Assembly (NCBI RefSeq): GCF_006345805.1
Contig: NC_043000.1
Location: 98,394,001-98,458,000, forward strand
Reading direction: 5' to 3'
Length of the DNA: 64,000 nucleotides
Source: Octopus sinensis
Taxonomy: Eukaryota
Each line of letters starts with the position of its first letter. Positions within the stretch are counted from its first letter, which is position 1. The notes under the pieces were generated by a model. It was given only the letters and a program-made list of their open reading frames with translations. It ran no database searches and was not told the DNA's origin. Both the position numbers and the translations under genes were made by a program. Below are positions 52,441 to 64,000 of this stretch, one piece after another.

Positions 52441-53402
52441 GTCTAACCTCGAATAAAATATTTCTGAATGAGCAAGCTGAGAATCTGCTGAAACACTCGC
52501 GTCGGAGTTTCCTGTAAGTTTTTACTATTACACCCACCTCACTTTGAAGGGCTACCTAAGGAACAAGTGATTTCAGACAACTTTAATGATCAGAATCGTT
52601 GAAAATAGATCCAAAACCATAGGTGAAACATATTTCGTCTTCAAAGCGAGACAAGTGTAATAGTTAAATTTAACGGTGGGTTCTTGGGAAGATCTGCTAT
52701 GTTAAATTCGCTATCATATGATTTTATTTCCCCTCTCACGCCTTTCTTGAAATCTTTTCTTCTTTTCGATAAACGATATCACCTAAAATGTTCTGTGATT
52801 CTCCTGTTTCCTAACCACGTTCTTTGTGAGAATTTTATCTAGTTATATCCTTACGCTTTCACAGAAAAAATGTGTATATGTATGTGTGTGTGGGTGTGTA
52901 TGTGTCTGTGGTAAGTGCGCGGCCTAGTGGTTACGGTGTTGCACTCACGATCGCTACAACGTGGGTTCGATTCCCGAGCCAGGCGGAGCGTTTTGCTCTT
53001 GAACAAAATACTTCACTTCATGTTGCTTCAGTCTTCACAGCTGTAAATGGGCAACCCTTCAATCTGTAATTATGTAAGTGAGCTTTCGGTACCTGAAATG
53101 AATAATTGCCCAGTCAACAAGAAATTCTCTACGTGGTCTTATGAGCGTCTGAAATTAACCGTCAAATCTTCCTCTAATCAATTCACACCGTTATAAAAAT
53201 GACAAAAGACGAAAGCTCATGGCCAGACTACCATTGATTAAAGGTTCGCTCGATCATTCTCACTTAGCATAAGACAACGCTAGCAACAATTATATATACA
53301 TATATTTTATAGTTTGTGCATTTAATTTCGAATGAATTTCATATTGGTATGTATGTGCGTGTTTGAATTTATTAAAGTAAAAATAGCGTTATAAAAACTT
53401 AC

Positions 53403-53571
53403 CACCAGGAACATTGTAAACCAGTGTTCTGCTGCTGTTGCTGCTACAGTTAAAGAACACGATTACCGTCTCATTGATGATTGCAGATGTCGCATTTTTG
53501 GGTACAATGTCACATTGTATTGGGGGATAGAAATAAATGTCGTAACGTTGGATAATTTTCTGCTGAATATT
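53403..53571 (-). CDS. Internal exon, cadherin-like/beta-sandwich segment
   Basis: Acceptor ttttttttacacttcTAG, donor GTAAGT; 169 nt, phase 0 to 1; NIQQKIIQRYDIYFYPPIQCDIVPKNATSAIINETVIVFFNCSSNSSRTLVYNVPG. Not in the ORF track. Confidence 0.75.
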
Positions 53572-54073
53572 CTAGAAGTGTAAAAAAAAACAGTTATATG
53601 AAAGTTGCTGTTCTCATTTCTGATGGTGCTAACACAATGACAACGATGACAATGATGACAATAATAATCCTTTCTACTATAAGTACAAGGCCTGACATTT
53701 TGGGGTAGGGGTTTAGTCGATTACATCGACCTCAGTGCGTAAATGGTACTTAATACATCGAAAGGATGAAAGCCGACCTCGGCGGAATTTGAACTCAAAA
53801 AGTAAGGACGAACGAAATGCTGCGAAGCATTTTGCCCGGCGTGCTAACAATACTTTCTACTAAAGGCATAACGCTTGAAATTTTAGGGGAGTGGGGTAAG
53901 TTGATTACATCGACCTCAGTGTTTCACTGGTACTTGATTTATCGACTCCGAAAGGATGAAAGGCAAAGCTGACCATGGTAGAATTTGAACTCAGAACATG
54001 AAGACAGACGAGATATTGCTAAGCATTTCGCCCTGCATCGTAATGATTCTGCCAGCTTGCCGCGTTAAAAACA

Positions 54074-54105
<32 letters not shown>

Positions 54106-54111
54106 AATAAT

Positions 54112-55526
54112 AATATCACAGTAGATAAAGCAAATGAAATAATAGAATTAGACCAAAACCAGACATATAAATACTTAGAAATCAATGAACTAGATACGGT
54201 ACATTACACACAAACGAAAAAGAAGATAAGAAAGAAATACTATAGACGAGTTACATTAATACTAAAAACAGACTTCAATGCAAAAAAAAAAAAAGAACAA
54301 GATAATAGGTATCGGTACTCTAGCCGTGCCAGTTACAGCTACAATATTCTTAATTGGACCAGACAGGAAAACAGGAAAAATAATGACAGAATTTAGGATG
54401 CACCACCCAAAATATGACATAGAAACGTTATATATACCACGTGTAGAAGGTGATAGAAACTTTACACAACAAGAAAGCTATTATAAAATAGCCACCATAA
54501 GATTACAGAATTACCTAATTCAGAAGCATAGAATACTTGTACAACTAGCCACCAACAGAACAAAACAGTGTTTTATGTTTTTAAGGAAGCTGAAAAATAC
54601 AAAAAACGAAGTCATAGTACCTAACAACTATGAAAAAAAAAGAAGAAGCAACGAAAGCTGTACAACAACTGAAATCCAGACTGAAACTTGAACAACAACG
54701 TATCATGATAAAACGGGGGCAAGAAAATATCCTTCATGGCAAATACTGGGTCAAATTAAACAGAAAAGAAATAGACAAAGCAAAATTCCAACAATGGCTG
54801 AGAAACTTAGGACTCAAAGCAGAGACTGAAGAATTTTTTAATTGCAACCTTCTTATCAGAAATTACCAAAAACATGTAATGAAAAGAAATACAAGTAACT
54901 GCAGAGTATGTGGAGATGGATAAGAAACTAAATCATATTGTATCTGACTGCCCAGGCCTGGCTAAGAAGAAAGATATTCATAGACATGACAGAGTTGGGA
55001 CCTATATACAGTGAAAGCTATGCCAACACTACGGAATAAGAACAGAAAAAAAGATGGTATAGGCATACACCAGAAAAGGTCACAGGAAATGAGAAAGCAA
55101 CCATACTCTGAGATATGCCAATACACACAGATAGAAAAATTAAGGCCAATAGACCGGATATAGTTGTCAGAGATAAACTCTCCCACCCCAATGCTTTCTA
55201 ATCAATGTATCAATACCAACAGATGACAATTTTTCTCTAAAAAAACCCGGAAAAACCTTCAAAATAGAAAGATTTGAGAATAGAGATAACCCAAATGTGG
55301 AACCTAGAAGCAGAAACAGATTTTAAAAAATCATTCAGACAAATACATAACAAAAATCACCAGGACTCACAAGTATATATAATGTACAGAAAATAATTGC
55401 ATATCCTACGCAAAACACTTTCAATACAGTAAAAATAAGAGCACAATAACAAACCACAGCACATACTCAAGGCATACGGATCTGCTCTCGGTAGTGCAGT
55501 GAAATCATGTGATAAAAATGAGACTA

Positions 55527-55527
<1 letters not shown>
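54112..55527 (+). mobile_element. R4/Dong-like LINE 3' part, ending at (TAA)n
   Basis: TYKYLEINE, MHHPKYDIETLYIPRVEGDR, LKAETE, CRVCG, RHDRV, ANRPDIVV. Confidence 0.9.
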
Positions 55528-55597
<70 letters not shown>

Positions 55598-55841
55598 TAA
55601 TAAACTGCTCATATCCTACGCAAAATACTTTCTATGTAATCTCAAGGTTTAAAACAAACATAATTTTCGGTTTAAACCCCCCTTTTTTTTGGGGGACATT
55701 CATTAGTACAACACCCGCCCCCCCAAATATATGGCACACTAGGCATAACAACAACATGAACTTCCAACCCTGTTGTCTCTTGAGGTCTCTGGGTGAGACT
55801 TGGAGCCAACTTGTACAAATATAAAGCAAAAGTCAAACATA

Positions 55842-55892
<51 letters not shown>

Positions 55893-55914
55893 TATATGCG
55901 CAGCATAATAACAA

Positions 55915-56718
55915 GGACTATGAGAAATGCAGAATTGATAACACTACCGAGACGACAAATGCAGAATGTGTGCTGGGAATACCCGAAATTGGCACAACGC
56001 GATTACAAATGTTGACATGACAATATGGCAAAAGTGATCCATTGGGAGCTCTGTGGTAATCACGGCCTACAAAGAGCAAAGGCGTGGTATGAGTAAACTC
56101 CAGAAGGAATCACCGAGAAGGAAGATAGAAAAACCTGTGGGCTGCAGTAATTCAGTGCGATCACCTGACCAGACATCGGAAACGGGACATTGTTTTGGTG
56201 AGCAAAAAGCAAAGTAGTTGCAAGATAATCAGCATGGTATGTTCCGGTGACAAAAGAATCAAAAGAACGAAGAGAAAAAACTGAACAACTCTAACGATTT
56301 GAAGTGGGAAATACGAATGTTGTGCTTAATGAGGAGAGAAGACGTGATGCCAATAGTAACTGGGGCACCTGCTAGTACGGTAATCAACTACCAACATGGC
56401 TGAAAAAGATTGGTACAAATGTAAAGATGGAACCCTTGTGGACAGCTGATACCTTTCATCATACTCAGCAAAATAAGCTGAGTGTTTTCGTCAAGTAATA
56501 ATAATGGTTTCACATTTTGACACAAATTGCGAAAATTTAGGAGAAGGGGTTAATCGACTACATCAATCTCAGTCCTCAACTGATACTTATTTTATCGACC
56601 TCGAAAGGGTGAACGGAAAAGTCGACCTCGGCGGAATTAGAACTCAGAGCGTGTGGACGGACGAAATATTGCCAAGCTTTTTGGCCGGAGTGCTAACGAT
56701 TCAGCCAGGTCACCGCCT

Positions 56719-56773
<55 letters not shown>

Positions 56774-57159
56774 AGTAATGATGATAATAGTAATGATGAT
56801 GATGATGATGATAATAATAATAATAATATTAATGATAATAGTGGTAATAATAAAAGACAAAAGAAACAACTACAACGATTTAAAGTGGGAAATACGAAGG
56901 TTGTGGTCAGTGAAGAGAGTAGTCGTGATGCCAATAGTAATTAGTGCACTTGGAAGTATCAGTACACAGCTACCAGCAAGGCTGAAAACATCGGTGCAAG
57001 TGTGAAGGCTGAATATCTACAAAAGTCAGCATTGCTTGGAACTGCAAGAATTCTTCGCTGCGTTCTTGAAGTATGACCAGTAAACAAGTGTCACCTTAGT
57101 CTGCTGGCTGTGAGCAGTTGACACTTTCCATCATACTCAGCAAAATAGGCTGAGTTTTC

Positions 57160-57160
<1 letters not shown>
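55915..57160 (+). mobile_element. Two R4/Dong-like 3' fragments separated by a SINE and (GAT)n
   Basis: HDNMAKVIHWELC; YNDLKWEIRRLWSVKRVVVMPIVISALGS; the tail tttccatcatactcagcaaaata is repeated near 56455 and 57125. Confidence 0.8.
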
Positions 57161-57247
<87 letters not shown>

Positions 57248-57266
57248 AATAATAATAATAATAGTA

Positions 57267-57329
<63 letters not shown>

Positions 57330-57989
57330 TGCCCTGATGCAGTACGAGGCAGTGGCTCTCGTGGCTTCTGATCTTAACCGATTGGAAGTGATATCATGTA
57401 CGTTGTTATGTCTTGGTATAAAAGATGGGCTACAACAAATATTCTGCTCAATACCACAGATTTGCTTGTCAGTTGATTGACCTTTGAGCATGTCCCTTAG
57501 TGGCTGACGATATGTACATCTCTGATCACGAGCAGAAGTAGTGGGGGAGCATCATAGCCATGTGTTGAGAGGGATTCATTGGGGCTTGAATAATTCACCT
57601 CTGGAAACATGGGTGTTTCGTTCAACATCCTTAAACAACCCTTATTCAGGGACCTTTTGAGCGGGATGGGTTACTCGACCAGAAGAAAATTCTAACGGCG
57701 CCCCACCTGATCATGTTGGTTGTTGAGTGCTGATACTTCCAAGTGCACCAATTACTATTAATATCACATTTTCTTTCTTAATTAACCACAACCTTCGTAT
57801 TTCTCACATTAAATATTGTCACTGTAGGATGGAAGGAAGGTTGTGTATGAACAGAAAGTGATATCAGGAATTACTAGTGGCAGAATTGTAAAATAATTTA
57901 AACCTTGAAAGGTATTGCATTACCGTTAATACATCTATTTTTAGTATATTACATGTAAAACTACATACTTTGCTATATATATCTATATC

Positions 57990-58060
<71 letters not shown>

Positions 58061-58654
58061 ACAACTCAAGCTAGACCATATAACATCAATCTAAACTTTT
58101 ATTCATTATTCTTATTTGTTAACTCTCTTTACATATTTCTAAAATATCTAGCACAAACATCTTTGACAATCAAAGTCAGTCCTGTTTTCTTCAATATTTG
58201 TACATGAATATTTACATTCTTTTACAATTCTGCCATATGTAATCGCTGAACTGATAGTCTTCTTATAAAACAAAAAAAAACTGTTCCATTCGTTAGTGGT
58301 GACTTTTAACAAAACCAAAATGGATGGTGACAAATTTGAGGTTGAAGATGTTTCCGAGGTTGTACTAATGAAATTGAAGTTGGCATTGTCGAATCTGAGG
58401 TGAGAGACCATATGCGTGCATACATACATACATATATGTACACTCACACACGCACATATATATGTATATATAAGCGCATGCGTAGCTGTTTGGTAAGACG
58501 CTTGCTACCCAGTTATACAGCTCCAGGTTCAGTCCCATTGTATGGCACCTTGGGCAAGTGTCTTCTACTATGGTTTTGAGCGTCACAAAGCTTTGTGAGT
58601 AGATTTGTTAGACGGAAACTGAAAGTAGTCTCTCGTATATATACATATATAAAT

Positions 58655-58687
<33 letters not shown>

Positions 58688-58772
58688 AATGTGTTTGTGT
58701 GTGTGTGTCTTGGTGTTTCTGTCTGTCCTCCACTATCGCTTGACAACTGCTGCATGTATATATATTACTTAC

Positions 58773-58888
58773 TTTAATATAAATGGTAAACGTCATTTCT
58801 GGTAAATCAGTAGGGACAGTCTTTTGAAGGATAGTCATGCCTTGATGCTCAATAATTCGAAGCCAAGTTTCATTATTCGGATTATCCA
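58773..58888 (-). CDS. Internal exon (most 5' found) of a large cell-surface/secreted glycoprotein gene; cadherin-like segment
   Basis: Acceptor ttttcatttTCAG, donor GTAAGT; 116 nt, phase 1 to 0; reads (x)DNPNNETWLRIIEHQGMTILQKTVPTDLPEMTFTIYIK. The phase matches the next exon. The domain call rests on motif resemblance only. Confidence 0.7.
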
Positions 58889-59207
58889 CTGAAAATGAAA
58901 TTAAAAAGAAATAAACTGAGAGAAAACAAAGACATGGTTAGGAAATAACTTTGATTAGAAAGCATGAAAAACTGAAACCAGCTGGAGATTTCTGAGCGGG
59001 CGATAAAAAATCACAGTAAATATACTCTAGTATTAAGATTCAAATATCTTTCCATCAGTATTCATTGTATTTACCCAAATCCTTTTCAGAGGAACATACG
59101 TAGTCGCTTGATTTGCTAAAAATTAGCGTGAAATTTCCATTTAAATCATATGCTACAACTTAAACAAAAGATAATATAATCCTTCTAGCTATCTATTTAT
59201 CTGTCTG

Positions 59208-59369
<162 letters not shown>

Positions 59370-60258
59370 CCCAATTCTCTCTCTCTCTTTATATATATAT
59401 ATAAAATAATATAAATAATATATAACTACATGCATATATACATACATATATGTACATACCTACATCTATATGTACATATACATGCCTATATGGGTACAGG
59501 ACATAAAAGAAACGTTGAACACAATGAGAAACGAAAAAATAAAAACAAAAACATGGAAACGAAATATTTTTCAAACGACGAAAAAAGATACAACATAAGG
59601 AATATTCCCCTTCTTCAGTTGTCCCTGTTTCGTCTACTCTGCATTTCGAAGGTAAGGACAAGACGCGACTTAGTTGAAACAGTCCTTTCCGCAAAGCAAA
59701 TTAAATAAAATTTGGGATTTTTTACAGAGGGGTAAAAGTGGTAACAAGAACAGGACAGTAAGAACAAATCAAGACAATCAAAACAATACAAGTAAAAGCA
59801 GTGAAAGACAGGACAAAGAGAATAACACAGTAAAAACAAATGATGAGGGTTGTTAAGCCAAGACGATGGAAACATTATTTGAACGCATTAAGGAGACAGC
59901 TTATGAGAGGGACAGGATAAGCCGTCTTGTCTCGGTGAAGATAGCAGTGACGAGAAGTGTCAGTGACGAGAGAGTCGAGGAGGAGGAGGAGGAGGAGTAA
60001 AAGAGAGGGAATGGTAAAGGGGAGAGGAGAAGAATAGGGAAGGGTGGAAGAGAAAACCAGAAAGAATGAAGAACAAGAGAGGGAGAGAGATAGAGGAGAA
60101 TTAGTAAAAGTTATTAAGATAAAACTTACTTGGTAAAGGATGCCTGGTGTTTGATCATATAATAATATAAATAATATATAACTGTATGCATATATACATA
60201 CATATATGTACATATCTACATCTATATGTATATATACATGCATATATAGGTACAGAAC

Positions 60259-60290
<32 letters not shown>

Positions 60291-61559
60291 TATATATATA
60301 TAATATATATATATATATATCATTTATTTGCGATGGAAGCAGATCCAACTTAACCTGGATGTTTTGTTAGAAAACCAAATACTGCGTTGTTTGCTTTAAG
60401 AGATCTTGTCATATTTGTGTCTGGTGCATAAAAGAACACACATAGATCGCAGCAGACGATATTAGTCCGTCATCGTCGTTGGGATTCCCATAATATATTA
60501 TTTCAATCAACTGGAAATCATCAGTGGCGAGCGTCCGGTCACCGCATGCTAGTCAAACCTCGATGTTATGAGATATCTCGCAGCAAGATAATTAAACTTT
60601 AATAATTTAACTGCTGCAACTGTGCATCATAAACCAGCTAGAGAAGATGTCCTCTTGGGGTTAAAATACAAAGTAGCTGGGTCAGAAATACAGCCATCAC
60701 AGCCTCAGTTAAGCATCCGTTAATGCTATTTCGTCCGAAGAAATGAATGCATGGACGTGATCTACCCGGCGTCCATTGATACTACGGACTGCACAGTAAT
60801 CCGTTCTAACGGACAACCATGTTAAAGTGGCTACGAATATTACTTGTTAAACATTTAATATTTTTTTCTGTTTCAAAACATTTTGAATTAAAAAAAGTAC
60901 TAACTCTCTTTAACATATAATAGAACATAAAAAGAACACAAAAAACTAAGTAAAATAAACATTACCTTCATATGCTGTATGTTATACCATTATACCAACA
61001 AAAGAAATAAAAGGTCATTTTAAGAAAGTATCATTTATCAACTCAGATAATGAACTTCAACAACTGGATGGCTGTAATGGCTGTATTTCTGACCCAGCTA
61101 ATTTGTATTAACTGAGGAGAAGCCTGCTGTTGATAAGGTCAGACAAAAGAACCATACTACCCATCTCACCATCTGCATACTCAAATAGCAAAATTAAGTC
61201 CAACATCACCACGCTCACAGTTCCACCTCCTTGCAACTACCATTCCTACCTTTCTTTCCATTACCTTTCACTCGCTACTCACCAAAATGCACACAGAAAT
61301 GCCCACATACCCCAATCAAACTTTTCTTTGGTCAAAATTGGTAAACAAACCTCAGTTAATTATCCATTAATGCTATTTCGTCCGAAGAAATGAATGCATG
61401 AACGTGATCTACCCGACGACCATGGATACTACGACTGCACAGTAATCATCCCAGGAATACGGACTATGATCTTAAGAAACATGTGATTTGTAGAAACGCG
61501 CGTAGCGATGCATTAAAACATTTATAAATACCATCTAAGGATTATTATTATTATTACTA

Positions 61560-63980
61560 TATTATCCTGCATTATATAGCAAAGCCCAGTACAACTTTTC
61601 CCATAAAAAGAAACTGGTATCCCCAGTTGGCCTCATTAGGCTGTAGCCGGTAGAATAGAATAAGAGCTTTTAATTGCATATTCGAAACGCTTTCCGTAAA
61701 CGAACTTAGACCATGACATGGTTCTGCGTGATCTGAGATTCTACACCCAAAGATAAAATCCAGTGACATCTCTCCAGTCCATCCATTTGACACTATGGAG
61801 CTTCATAACGCAGACTGGGATGCGATCAATCATGATCTTTCACAAGTTGATTGGGCCTTCACGCACGTACACCCCACTCCAACATAAACACATCATGGCG
61901 GACATTTGTTGATACTGTGACAAATATATGCGCAAAACATACTCCATACAAATCTAAGTGCAGAATCCCAAGAAATATAAGTGCAATTATGAGAAAAATA
62001 AAAGAATTAACAAGAAAATCAACCAACTTAAATACTGCCAGCAGCAACGCACCCATTCGACTGCCATTGCATCACTCGAATCGAAAAAACACGACCTCCA
62101 GAAAAGTTTAATGACCATCATTAACAGTCACAGAGAAGCTGAGGAGAGTAAGGCCATTAAGAAAATAAAACTCAATCCTAAAATGTTCTTTTTATTTGCA
62201 CCCCCCCCAAAAAAAAACATAAAGACGCTGTTTTCACTGTTCGTCCTCTGGTTGACGAGAACAACACTCTACATGACGATGCAAAATCCACGTGCGAGAT
62301 ATTTTAGAGACAATACTGCTCTGTCTTCAGTAACCCTAATGCGGTTGATCTGGCTAGTATCTGTGACGTGAACCCTCAACTAACCATATCTGACATAACT
62401 TTTGATGCTCCTGATATCTTAACAGAAATAGATAGGATCAAGCACAACGCGGCAGTAGGTCCCTATAAGTTCCCGGCCACTGTCCTGAAGATGCGTCGAC
62501 ATCAAATTGTCCCCCCCCCACCCATCTAGCTGAGCTCTGGAGAAACTCACTTGATGCAGGCTACATTCCTGATCATTTTCTTTGCTAGTCTGTCGTTCCA
62601 GTCTTCAAACAGGGAAACAAATCTCTTCCAGTGAACCACCGTCCGATTTCACTCACTTCTCATATCATTAAAGTATTTGAGAGGATGGAGAGATCGCGAA
62701 TATCTCACTTCCTCGAAGACAACAATCTGCTGAACTCCAACCAGCATGGTTTCCGCGAGGGCAGGGATTACTTGTCACAGCTTCTGCACCATTTTGATGA
62801 CATCTTAAAAGCGTTGGGAGAGGGCTCCAACACTGACGCCATATACCTTGATTTCAGCAAGGCATTTGACAGAGTGGATCACAAAATCCTGCTGAAGAAA
62901 CTGTCAAACATTGGAGTCCGTGAAAAGCTGCGGCAGTAGATAAAGTGTTTCCTGATAAACAGAACCCAACATGTGTTTGAGAGTATACGATCCAGCTCAG
63001 CCAAAGTCAGTAGTGGTGTCCCACAAGGTGCTGCGTTGGGCTCACTCCTCTTCATTATTTACATCAACGGCATAGTAGATATCATCAAACATTCTACATT
63101 GAAAATCTTTGCAAACGATTTCAAACTCCAGAGAGACATAAACGGCATGAGAGACCGAGCATGCCTTCAGTCAGATGTGTGTGCTATAGTCCAGTGGGCG
63201 GAAAAAAACTATGCTTGTAAATGAAAATAAGTTTGATTTGATCCACTTTGGGAAAGAGGAAACTCTGAAACTACGATATGCTCTTCCCTCTGGCGACTCC
63301 CTAATGTCATCCAACAACATCAAAGATATTGGAGTAATCGTTGATAACAATCTAAGCTGGAGTTCCCACATAAACAGCAAGGTTGAATGTGCTCCTCGAT
63401 TCCGAGAACTTTCCGGTCTAGAGATGCCTACACCATCATCTTTCTCTACTCTATTTTTCCCACTTCAGTACCCCCATACGAAGCAACTCATTATGAAAGT
63501 AGAAGCACTTTAGAGGTCCATAACAAGAAAGATAGACGGTATGAGAGGCATTGATTATTGGGGTCGACTAAAAAAACTCAATCTGTACTCTCACTAACGC
63601 CACCGGGAGCGCTACATCAATGTTGGCATCAATTTTAAAATCCATCCAAGACTTGGGTCCCGTGCTATCCGCCCACTACAAAAATCGAACTCGGTATACA
63701 TAGCGTTACGTCACAATTACTTTACCTCAACCAGTCCAGCTCCCTTTAATACCATACCAAAATACGACAAAACAGAAACGGATTTCATAAAATTCAAATG
63801 TTCACTGGACAAATTAAAAAAAAAAATCCCGGACCAACCTCCCACACTCGGATATGTCTCCAATAGTAATAACTGTTTGCTAGAGTGGGCTATGGTGCCC
63901 CATATATGACTAAAATACTTCACCAGGTGGTGCTATTGAGTTAGACATGGCGTGGACCTATACTGAACGAAACTTATCAA
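61560..63980 (+). mobile_element. Decayed CR1-clade LINE (RT domain and 3' end)
   Basis: NHRPISLTSHIIKVFER, NQHGFREGR, YLDFSKAFDRVDH, SGVPQGAALGSLLFIIYING, IFAND, KDIGVIVDNNLSWSSHI. Confidence 0.93.
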
Positions 63981-64000
63981 ATTTATATATATATATATAT

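Noticed and set aside
58148-58400. Cys-containing ORF end (KECKYSC...CQRCLC) as an exon or piggyBac C-terminus
   Set aside because: The flanking exons already join in phase without it, and the motif spacing is not convincing.
59600-59700. GAAA...CUGAAGA on the minus strand (similar near 46165-46210) as a permuted hammerhead
   Set aside because: I could not build consistent stems I-III around the core segments.

Overview
AT-rich, microsatellite-dense eukaryotic DNA. The SINE/LINE repertoire resembles a cephalopod (Octopus-like) genome; this is inference, not a database result. At least 1-58888 lies within one large minus-strand multi-exon gene that I rebuilt by hand from GT/AG splice sites and reading phases. 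It has 19 candidate exons: three with degenerate cadherin-like beta-sandwich segments, two duplicated Thr/Pro-rich linker exons, then a tandemly repeated three-exon cassette (A 210-219 nt, B 227-234 nt, C 99 nt). All cassette exons are phase 1-1 except frameshifted B0, and each cassette encodes two Ig-like domains. Four complete cassettes and a fifth partial one are visible, and the gene runs off the left edge; its start was not found. One B exon has a 1-nt frameshift. The introns hold decayed R4/Dong-like, CR1, RTE, L1/Tx1-like and Penelope-like retroelements, Tc1/maT fragments, tRNA-derived SINEs, MITE-like palindromes and simple repeats. The most unusual non-coding signal is a set of minimal type I hammerhead ribozymes. 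One is a 364-bp retrozyme-like repeat (two direct copies plus one inverted) whose core carries the compensatory U3-A8 pair. Others have intact canonical cores or a U4C core and lie in the sense orientation of the host pre-mRNA. Most ORFs in the supplied track are microsatellite artefacts.
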